This document shows, piece after piece, positions 10,601 to 17,690 of a stretch of DNA of 64,000 nt (positions within the stretch are counted from its first letter, which is position 1; each line of letters begins with the position of its first letter). The position numbers and the translations under genes are program-made. The DNA comes from an uncultured Clostridia bacterium (GTDB taxonomy: Bacteria > Bacillota > Clostridia > Christensenellales > DTU072). The stretch covers positions 5,783 through 69,782 of the forward strand of contig CALVUD010000003.1 of NCBI GenBank assembly GCA_944363505.1, given 5' to 3'. The notes under the pieces were generated by a model. It saw only the letters and a list, made by a program, of their open reading frames with translations, was not told where the DNA came from and ran no database searches.

Positions 10601-12268
10601 ATTAAAGAAGTCTCTTAACGCATATGCTTGCAGTATATTTTTAGCTGCGATAGAATATTTTTCATTAAGCGTAGCATTTAAATCTTTTATCTCGTTGCAA
10701 AGAATTACTGCGTCTTTTAAATCGAGTTTTAGCTGGGCGGTCGCTTGATATGAAGCATCGAGATCAACATATCCATACCAAACATTTTGATGGTAGTCAT
10801 AACCGACGGAAGGAATATATTCAGTATAACGTGTTAAAGCAATTTCTGCTTTTCTTATATATTCTTCTCCTTTGGTTTTGATTTTGTCGATAACAAATTC
10901 AATGTCGGGCGCTTTTCTGCAAGCGGAAATTTCTTCATAAATTTTATAAAGAGTCTTGTTTATTATTGGGCGAATTTTATGAAGTTCATAAGCGTATTCG
11001 TCAAGCTCTTTTTGCGTGCGAATCTTTTCATCTATTTCTTTTTGAGCGCGATCAGCCAAAGAGCTTTTTTGCGCTTGTAACGTATGGCATAAATCGGCTA
11101 TTACATCTTTTTTATTTGCTTTGTGGCTATGCAGTTCTAGACAAAACTCTTCCAGCCCTGTTTTTTTAATATTCTCATAAACGACGTTAAGCGCAGCTAA
11201 TTTTTCTGAAACAAAAAGAATTCTTTTGCCACATGCAAGACATTCGGCAATAATATTTGTGATTGTTTGGCTTTTGCCTGTTCCGGGCGGGCCTTGCAGT
11301 ACAAAGCTTTTCCCGCTTCGAGCCATTTCTATAGCTTCGGTCTGGCTTGAGTCCGCATCGACAACATTATATAGTTGAATGGGTGTATTATCGGCATTCC
11401 TACTATCTGCACTTTCTCCGATTGCGTAATCTATATTTCTTTCGCCGAGTAAAGAGCGAACGGACGTATTCTTCAATATCTTTGCGGCATTATCTTTCAA
11501 GTCCCTGTGCATATTAAGTTTTGAGAACGAGAAAATGCTGATTTTACATTCCTTCGTAAGCGTCCATTTAAGTTTTGAGATGCATCTTTGAACTTTTTCT
11601 AAATATTCATCAACATCTTCGTCATTATAAGTGGGTAATTCCAAACCATAATCATTTTTCAATTTGAAAGAAAATGTTGGATTAACGATAAAATCGCTAT
11701 CTGTTACTTTTATATAATAAGGGTCAATAGCCGAATCATTTTCTATGGAAATAGGCACAAGTAAAATCGGGGCACGCATTTTATATTGGGAATTTTTATC
11801 TTCAGTCCAATGAATAAAGCCAAACGCCATATACGCAATATTAACGCCGGTTTCTTCAATCGATGTTCTCGCTTTTTTCCCAATGTTGCGTAAAACTTTT
11901 ATCGGATTCACGAAGGAATTATAGATTAAGACCTGACCAACCTTCTTGAGGCGGCTTTCGTACATGTCTATATAATCTTCTTTAGAAATGCGCTTTTCGT
12001 CAGCACCATCTTGTTGCTCACCTTCAGATGTTTTGATATCTTCGATGGCTTCTATTACTTCATCATCTTCTTCATCGTCTAATTTAGGATCATAAACTTC
12101 AAACGTAGCTAAACGTTCTGTTTCGTAAAAAAGAGTTCCAAAATCCGGCGATACTATTTCCACCGTTCTCATTTTTGTGTCCCTAAAGTTTATAAGGTTA
12201 TTCCTTTTCCCTGTGTCAAGCAATAAATCAGCCCATTTATTTAACTTATCAATATCCATAATTCTCAA
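7616..12268 (-). CDS. Giant DUF4011 + Upf1-like SF1 helicase + Vsr/DUF559-like endonuclease + DUF3320-like tail; Hhe-like single-protein defence candidate
   Basis: Motifs seen:
- Walker A GPPGTGKS (11270-11293)
- VIFDEASQI
- VVGDSKQMPP
- TVQGDERDTIIFS
- LNVAVTRAK
- then LAIECDGAAYHSSRSARDRDRLRQEVLERMGW, typical of DUF559/Vsr-fold nucleases. Confidence 0.7.
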   Translation of the reverse strand: MRIMDIDKLNKWADLLLDTGKRNNLINFRDTKMRTVEIVSPDFGTLFYETERLATFEVYDPKLDDEEDDEVIEAIEDIKTSEGEQQDGADEKRISKEDYIDMYESRLKKVGQVLIYNSFVNPIKVLRNIGKKARTSIEETGVNIAYMAFGFIHWTEDKNSQYKMRAPILLVPISIENDSAIDPYYIKVTDSDFIVNPTFSFKLKNDYGLELPTYNDEDVDEYLEKVQRCISKLKWTLTKECKISIFSFSKLNMHRDLKDNAAKILKNTSVRSLLGERNIDYAIGESADSRNADNTPIQLYNVVDADSSQTEAIEMARSGKSFVLQGPPGTGKSQTITNIIAECLACGKRILFVSEKLAALNVVYENIKKTGLEEFCLELHSHKANKKDVIADLCHTLQAQKSSLADRAQKEIDEKIRTQKELDEYAYELHKIRPIINKTLYKIYEEISACRKAPDIEFVIDKIKTKGEEYIRKAEIALTRYTEYIPSVGYDYHQNVWYGYVDLDASYQATAQLKLDLKDAVILCNEIKDLNATLNEKYSIAAKNILQAYALRDFFNLVKTSEYITPALLNSSTLSSTVKTLKAMQALAKEILNNKKIINDMFDEDIFKISGQTLHNKLTKQFKGVLARLFSNEYRRIAKELKLCNKSGKKVKYKVAVSMMKLLCDYQQKLCKFFVLEEKIQGQIGSAYNGILTNFEALLDQLDTLNKIHSTDIDFAVLATLSNQEFVAQQKDFAMFSDFLEKSFGKGEESEKRVLSKYDINKYDVRHADIDWLTRKYQGCIDNIDKLDNWCEFVKLLNKLSELELRDFIDYAINRKINAESLLSAYKKAFYMQWVDAILHESPILMTLTRIPHDETVKLFKTKDELNFEINKAKIKAKLSSLRPNLDMVAQGSAKAILLREGEKKRKQKGIRLLLEEIGDLAQTLKPCFLMSPLSVSTFLSPDMKFDVVIFDEASQIFPQDAIGAIYRGNQLIVVGDSKQMPPSNFFNSSSAQNDNDDEDEDITDFESILDICTTAFPQKRLKWHYRSRYESLISFSNKNFYDSTLVTFPSSKHDFVGIGVDYFYVDGIFDRTTKTNRVEAERIVNLVFENIEKYPERSLGVVAFSVAQQNLIDKLIAKRRQLDLSKEAFFKTDKAEPFFVKNLETVQGDERDTIIFSIAYGKDTQGRLLLNFGPLNRDGGERRLNVAVTRAKFNIQIVSSMHHTDIDVSRTQSKGARLLKEYLDYAENGEIALQRSISVNPFEEYDSEFEMEVCEFLRENGFSVDTQVGCSSFKIDLALKTPNSSDYLLAIECDGAAYHSSRSARDRDRLRQEVLERMGWKFYRIWSTDWFRNKRVEKERLLEAAKQAVNNANIKLEKDEAPSWNVSFEEVAEEKHFEFPKYVMADDRKTASKFSYNKISVICDIVGLESPLSEEWLLKRIAFLFGREKVTSVVRDEFNYIMRNCSDYKITRKNGFLYSQEKEIPMLRIPHENATVVREIKYISLEELSLGMKEILKQNISVEKSGLFRLLVQQLGFSRMGEAIYNRLESALALISKEVEIKDDMISIK

Positions 12269-12353
12269 TCCTTTGTATTGTTCTGCAAACTATTTAAACA
12301 ATTCAGTCGTGTTTACTAAGCTTTTCTCCGTTGTTATTTCTCCGGCATCTCAT

Positions 12354-12572
12354 TTAATTTATAAGCAGCTCTTGTATTTGACAATCTAAAACCTTACATA
12401 TTTTCAGAAGAATATCCATATGGACGATTTCGTTTTTACCTAACTTCGCCATTGTGGTAGTGGTAATGCCCGCAGCCACACGTAAATCTTCTTTGCGAAT
12501 GTATCTATTAATTACAATTTTCCATAGTTTATTGTAATTTAGCGTCATCTCCAACTTTAAGATTAACTCCAA
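12354..12572 (-). CDS. Small XRE/Cro-type HTH regulator
   Basis: Contains LRVAAGITTTTMAKLGKNEIVHMDILLKICKVLDCQIQELL, a classic HTH_XRE pattern. The start is uncertain: TTG at 12572 or ATG at 12548. Confidence 0.65.
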   Translation of the reverse strand: MELILKLEMTLNYNKLWKIVINRYIRKEDLRVAAGITTTTMAKLGKNEIVHMDILLKICKVLDCQIQELLIN

Positions 12573-12809
12573 GTTTATAGCTGACTACATTATAGCATAT
12601 AAAAGATATGTTTCAAGAATTTCTCCATTCATTAGAAAAATTAGTTTTCTTGTATACTTTTACAAACCCATTGACCATTTGTCCATAAAAATGAGGTAAA
12701 TCTTTTTTAAAAAATTTCCAAATAGCAAATTTATTTGCAAAAATAAAAGAGTCCGTGGCAAAATAAAAATGCTTTTCTTCATGATATTATTCGATTTTCT
12801 ATAACAACA

Positions 12810-13004
12810 CTCCACCAAACCGAGAATAAGGGCGCGGATTGCGCCCTTTTTTCATGCCTCCGGCTTCGGTCATTTGCGTTTACCTCTCCTTCGCATTTTA
12901 ATCTCCGCACCCTGCAACCCTTCTGCTCGGGTTGGAGATAGCATTTTTATCCGCTTCCCCCACAAAAACCCCGGATCGAAAATCGGTTCGGGGTTTTCGT
13001 TTTA
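12810..13004. repeat. Island boundary repeat, copy B (full length)
   Basis: Colinear with 19525-19720 over about 195 bp with few substitutions. It starts with the same CTCCACCAAACCGAG and ends in a hairpin plus T-run when read on the minus strand. Confidence 0.9.
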
Positions 13005-13157
13005 TTCGATTATTATAAATTTGATTTGAATAAATGAAGCTAAAGGGCGCGGCTTGCCCCAAAAGTTAAGCAAAGCCCCTTTTCTATTTCAACCACACAC
13101 CACGGTGATAAATTCAAAATAGTATATTTGCACTTTTAATTATTAACAGAAAATTAC

Positions 13158-13186
13158 TTGCTATTGTTCGAGGTTTAGAATATAAT
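13158..13186 (+). promoter_or_regulatory. Sigma-70-type promoter for the R-M operon
   Basis: TTGCTA (13158-13163), a 17-nt spacer, then TATAAT (13181-13186), 42 nt upstream of the ATG at 13228. Confidence 0.55.
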
Positions 13187-13189
13187 TTA

Positions 13190-13205
13190 TATAGTATATA
13201 CTATA
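13190..13205. promoter_or_regulatory. Perfect 16-bp palindrome TATAGTATATACTATA (operator candidate)
   Basis: Self-complementary 16-mer located between the -10 box and the RBS of the HTH-fused methylase gene. Confidence 0.5.
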
Positions 13206-13227
13206 CTATATATCTAACGGAGAGACT

Positions 13228-14295
13228 ATGTTAAGTTATATTTCGGCAAAAGAAGCGGCGGAGAAATGGAATATTTCACAAAGGCGAGTTGCCATACTTT
13301 GTTCAGAGGAACGTATTAAAGGCGCTATGATGGTCGGCAATATGTGGATTATTCCTTCAAACGCTGAAAAGCCTGTGGATAAGCGTACTGTTCGTTATGA
13401 AAAAACTCATAAAGTTGAACTAAAACCTTTTGTAAAGTGGGTTGGCGGAAAAGGTCAGTTGGTTGATGAAATTGAAAAGATGTTTCCTTTCGACGGCGAA
13501 AATGCCTTGACAAAATACGCTGAACCTATGGTCGGCGGCGGTGCATTGTTTTTCAACGTACTTTCGAAATATACTTTCGAAGAACTTTATATTAGCGATA
13601 TTAACTCAGAGTTGATCAACGCTTACACCGCTATCAAGCAAAATGTTGAAGCATTGATTGCGCGGCTTAATGAGATGCAGATGACGTTTTTACCTCTCGA
13701 CGATAACGGCAGAAAATATTACTATTATAATATCCGTGATAAATTCAATTCATTGGAATTGAGCGAACGCTCTTCAATAGAAAAAGCAGCTTATTTCATT
13801 TTTTTGAATAAGACTTGTTTTAACGGATTATATCGCGTTAACCGGAAGGGGCAATTCAATGTTCCCATGGGTTCTTATAAAAATCCTACTATTTGCGATA
13901 AGGAAAATCTCCGCAACATTCATATTGCGCTACAAAACGTTACAATTGTCTGCGGCGACTATACTCTGTCAAAGTCATTCATTGACAATAATACTTTTGT
14001 CTATTTAGATCCGCCTTACCGTCCTATTTCAGAAACTTCAATGTTTACATCATATAATGTCGACGCATTCGACGACAACGAGCAGATACGGCTTGCAAAA
14101 TTTATCGATGAGTTAAACGCGGCAGGAGCGAAAATCGTTTTGAGTAATTCCGATCCGAAAAATATCAATCCGGAAGACAATTTCTTTGATGATTTGTATA
14201 AATCATACAGGATCCACCGAGTTTCGGCAACACGAATGATAAACAGCAATGCGGAAAAACGCGGCAAGATAAACGAATTGTTAATTTGCAATTAA
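13228..14295 (+). CDS. Dam-family N6-adenine DNA methyltransferase (DpnM-like) with an N-terminal HTH domain
   Basis: VKWVGGKGQL and DPPY motifs (MethyltransfD12 type). The first ~50 aa (ISAKEAAEKWNISQRRVAILCSEERIKGA) form an HTH. Confidence 0.8.
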   Translation: MLSYISAKEAAEKWNISQRRVAILCSEERIKGAMMVGNMWIIPSNAEKPVDKRTVRYEKTHKVELKPFVKWVGGKGQLVDEIEKMFPFDGENALTKYAEPMVGGGALFFNVLSKYTFEELYISDINSELINAYTAIKQNVEALIARLNEMQMTFLPLDDNGRKYYYYNIRDKFNSLELSERSSIEKAAYFIFLNKTCFNGLYRVNRKGQFNVPMGSYKNPTICDKENLRNIHIALQNVTIVCGDYTLSKSFIDNNTFVYLDPPYRPISETSMFTSYNVDAFDDNEQIRLAKFIDELNAAGAKIVLSNSDPKNINPEDNFFDDLYKSYRIHRVSATRMINSNAEKRGKINELLICN

Positions 14296-14306
14296 AGAGG
14301 AAACAT

Positions 14307-15146
14307 ATGAATATTCTTGAATTAACCAAAGAAGAAACAAATAAATATATAGACGAACTATACTCGTGCTTTCCAACTGGGCGAGAGTTTGAAATTTTTT
14401 TAAACTCATTTTTAAGTGCTTTAGGCTTTGAAGAAGTAGTTACAACTCAATATGTGAGTGATAAAGGAATTGATTTAACTTGTGTAAAAACAGGCCTTGA
14501 TGTAAACGGAACTGATACTATAAACTATTATGTTCAAGCAAAAAGATATTCTCGCAATAATAAAGTTCAATCTAAAGAGATCAGAGATTTAAAAGGTACC
14601 ACCAAACGGGATAAGAACGGCAAGGTTTTAAACAGTAATTATATAAATGTATTTATCACAACTTCAACATTTACTAATTCTGCTTTAGCAGAAGCGAGCG
14701 ACAATCCCAACATGCCAGTTATCACTATAGATGGTACTCAACTCATTCAATATTGCATTGAAAAAGGCATTGGTTTTAATTATAAACCCATTTTTTCCAA
14801 AACAGATATTATTGCATTGATACAAAGCGCGCCAAACAACGATATTAGTATTGAACCAAATTCATCATACTTGGTCGAAAGAGAAATAACTAAAAATGAT
14901 ATAAGGGCAAGGATTCTGATTATCCCTCAAGTTATAAAAAACGAATTATCAAAAAATGAAGAAAAATTTAATGTTGTTTTTAATGGATTTGAAAAACAGC
15001 TTAATATCGATAAATCCCGGCGATATTTTGGCGGCATAACAGATTTTTATAAAAAATTTGGGTTGCTAACTAATGATGGGATATTTATAAACAAAAAAGC
15101 AAAATGGCGAATAGACGGAAACAAGATTATTGTTGATTTAGTGTAG
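14307..15146 (+). CDS. Mrr-like PD-(D/E)xK restriction endonuclease domain protein with an unassigned C-terminal domain
   Basis: FEIFLNSFLSALGFEEV...DKGIDLTCV...YYVQAKRY matches the Mrr_cat pattern (D...QxK). ATG at 14307 follows AAGAGG. Confidence 0.6.
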   Translation: MNILELTKEETNKYIDELYSCFPTGREFEIFLNSFLSALGFEEVVTTQYVSDKGIDLTCVKTGLDVNGTDTINYYVQAKRYSRNNKVQSKEIRDLKGTTKRDKNGKVLNSNYINVFITTSTFTNSALAEASDNPNMPVITIDGTQLIQYCIEKGIGFNYKPIFSKTDIIALIQSAPNNDISIEPNSSYLVEREITKNDIRARILIIPQVIKNELSKNEEKFNVVFNGFEKQLNIDKSRRYFGGITDFYKKFGLLTNDGIFINKKAKWRIDGNKIIVDLV

Positions 15147-15157
15147 GAGTTAAATAA

Positions 15158-16021
15158 ATGAAAAGAGATTTTAATGAATGGCTTAAAACTTTCAAATCGA
15201 GCATTTGCGATTATGGCTATTATGTCGATTTCGAAAAGGTTTACGGTAATGTAGAAAGCATAAAAGTTGAATTGAATATTCTTAATTCTCTTATAGGCTC
15301 TAAAAATATTGAGGATGATTTTAGAAAGCTAATCCAAGAATACCCGAAAATTTTAAAATGCATTCCTATGTTGCTTGCGGTCAGAGGGCGTGAAATTTAT
15401 GCTATTGACGGAGACGGAGAATACTTATTTAATTTTTACAAGCCAAATTACACTGCAAACGAATACATAATGTTCATGCATAAAACGGGCTTATTTTACT
15501 TAATTTCAAATCATATTATAAATAACCTCGTAGATTATGTAACGGGCGTAGAAGTCGGACTCGATAGTAACGGTCGTAAAAATCGCGGCGGTCATTTAAT
15601 GGAAAACCTTGTAGAGGATTATCTTATAAAAGCCGGATTAGTTAAAGGCGAAACTTATTTTAAGGAAATGAAACTGTCCGCGATCGAAAGAAAATGGAAT
15701 ATCGATTTGTCGGGTATTTCAAATCAAGGCAAAGCAGAAAAGAGATTTGATTTTGTTGTTAAGAAAGGCAAAACAATATATGCAATAGAAACAAATTTTT
15801 ATACGGGTGGAGGCTCAAAACTTAACGAAACCGCGCGCAGTTATAAAACTATCGCTTTAGAAGCAAAAGAAATTGATGGTTTTGCCTTCGTGTGGTTTAC
15901 GGACGGAGCTGACGGTTGGAAGTCTGCTCGCCATAATCTTGAAGAAACGTTTGACGTTTTAGATAATATGTATTGTATTTCCGATATGGAAAACGGTATA
16001 GTAAAGGAACTTTTCAAATAA
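15158..16021 (+). CDS. DpnII/MboI-family type II restriction endonuclease (GATC class)
   Basis: The N-terminus FNEWLKTF...YYVDFEKVYGNVESIKVELNILNSLIGSKNIEDDF closely follows the R.DpnII N-terminal pattern as I remember it. Confidence 0.75.
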   Translation: MKRDFNEWLKTFKSSICDYGYYVDFEKVYGNVESIKVELNILNSLIGSKNIEDDFRKLIQEYPKILKCIPMLLAVRGREIYAIDGDGEYLFNFYKPNYTANEYIMFMHKTGLFYLISNHIINNLVDYVTGVEVGLDSNGRKNRGGHLMENLVEDYLIKAGLVKGETYFKEMKLSAIERKWNIDLSGISNQGKAEKRFDFVVKKGKTIYAIETNFYTGGGSKLNETARSYKTIALEAKEIDGFAFVWFTDGADGWKSARHNLEETFDVLDNMYCISDMENGIVKELFK

Positions 16022-16022
16022 T

Positions 16023-16766
16023 ATGGCAAAGAAAAATATACCGTTACAGCCCGAAAATTTCGAACTCGAAACAAATACCGTTTGGGCGTTCCCCGATCGC
16101 GGTAAATGGGCTACACACGACGCGAAATATCGCGGAAACTGGTCGCCGTATATTCCGAGAAACGTAATTCTGCGTTATTCGAAAGAGAACGACACTGTTT
16201 TGGATCAGTTCGTTGGTGGCGGCACTACCGCGGTTGAGGCAAAATTAACTAATAGGAATTTTATCGGTGTCGATATTAATCCGAACGCACTTGAAATAAC
16301 AAAAAGCAAATTGAATTTCGAGTGTGAATTTAATCCGACGATAAATATTATGCAAGGCGATGCGCGTAATCTTTCGACTATTGCCGATAATTCGATAGAC
16401 CTTATTTGCACGCATCCGCCTTATGCGGATATTATTCATTACAGCGAAAATATTGACGGCGATATGTCACTTATGTCGATGAAAGATTTTTTGTTTGAAA
16501 TCGGCAAAGTCGCGGGCGAATGTTATCGGGTATTGAAGAAAGATAAGTTTTGTGCTATTCTTATGGGAGACACACGGAAAAAAGGTATGGTTCAGCCGCT
16601 TGCTTTTGATACTATGCGTGTCTTTGAGCTCGCCGGTTTCAAAACGAAAGAAATAATAATCAAGGAACAGCACAATTGCAAAGCAACTGGATATTGGAAA
16701 ACAAACAGCATAAAGTTTAATTTCCTTTTGCTCGCCCACGAGTATTTGTTCGTGTTAAAAAAATAA
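16023..16766 (+). CDS. Amino (N6-A/N4-C) DNA methyltransferase with motif order FxGxG before PPY
   Basis: VLDQFVGGGTTAVEA is followed by CTHPPYADII. The gene starts 1 nt after the endonuclease stop. Confidence 0.7.
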   Translation: MAKKNIPLQPENFELETNTVWAFPDRGKWATHDAKYRGNWSPYIPRNVILRYSKENDTVLDQFVGGGTTAVEAKLTNRNFIGVDINPNALEITKSKLNFECEFNPTINIMQGDARNLSTIADNSIDLICTHPPYADIIHYSENIDGDMSLMSMKDFLFEIGKVAGECYRVLKKDKFCAILMGDTRKKGMVQPLAFDTMRVFELAGFKTKEIIIKEQHNCKATGYWKTNSIKFNFLLLAHEYLFVLKK

Positions 16767-16790
16767 CTTGAATTCTAGCCGAGGTAGGAT

Positions 16791-17690
16791 ATGGATGAGT
16801 TTATATATGATGACAATAAAATAAAACTATACAACGAGGATTGTTTAAAAATATTCCCCCTGATAGATAGTGAATCTATTGATTTAATAATAACATCACC
16901 GCCTTATTGCATGGGAAAAGAATATGAGAATACATCTGATGATATAAATTCCTTTCTTTCCCTGAATAAAAAAGTAATTTATGAGGCCCAAAGAGTTTTA
17001 AAAAAAGGGGGGAATCTTTGCTGGCAGATTGGTTTTCATGTAAAAGATTCTGTCATCGTTCCTCTGGATTGCTTAATTTATCAAATTGTTGAAGAAATAA
17101 ATAAAACGCTATCTGATGATTGTAAATTGTACTTGCACAATAGAATAGTATGGTCATTTGGTCATGGATTAAATGCTGAAAAAAGGCTAAGTGGTCGCTA
17201 TGAGACAATTATGTGGTACACAAAAGGTAAAGAGTATTTGTTTAATTTAGATGCTATTAGAGTACCGCAAAAATATCCAGGGAAAAAGTATTCAAAAGGG
17301 AAAAAAGTTGGACAATATAGTGGGAACCCTTTAGGGAAAAACCCATCTGATGTATGGGATATTCCAAATGTAAAAGCTAATCATATAGAGAAAACAGCAC
17401 ATCCGTGTCAATTCCCGATTGCAATTCCGCAAAGATTAATTAAGGCCCTATCTAGACAGGGCGACATAATCATGGATCCTTTTTTAGGAAGTGGAACAAC
17501 AGCCGTTGCGTGTATAATGGAGAAAAGAAATTTCATAGGGTGTGAATTAAAAAAAGATTATATTTCTATCGCAAAGCAACGCATTACAGATGCTATACAA
17601 GGAAAGGTTAAGTGTCGTCCAGATGTACCAGTCATAGAGCCCGACAAAAATCAAAAAGTTGCACAAAAGCCGGAGGAATTCAAATGGTAA
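16791..17690 (+). CDS. Beta-class amino DNA methyltransferase (N6-A or N4-C)
   Basis: ITSPPYCMGKEY lies near the N-terminus and DPFLGSGTTAVAC near the C-terminus. Confidence 0.8.
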   Translation: MDEFIYDDNKIKLYNEDCLKIFPLIDSESIDLIITSPPYCMGKEYENTSDDINSFLSLNKKVIYEAQRVLKKGGNLCWQIGFHVKDSVIVPLDCLIYQIVEEINKTLSDDCKLYLHNRIVWSFGHGLNAEKRLSGRYETIMWYTKGKEYLFNLDAIRVPQKYPGKKYSKGKKVGQYSGNPLGKNPSDVWDIPNVKANHIEKTAHPCQFPIAIPQRLIKALSRQGDIIMDPFLGSGTTAVACIMEKRNFIGCELKKDYISIAKQRITDAIQGKVKCRPDVPVIEPDKNQKVAQKPEEFKW

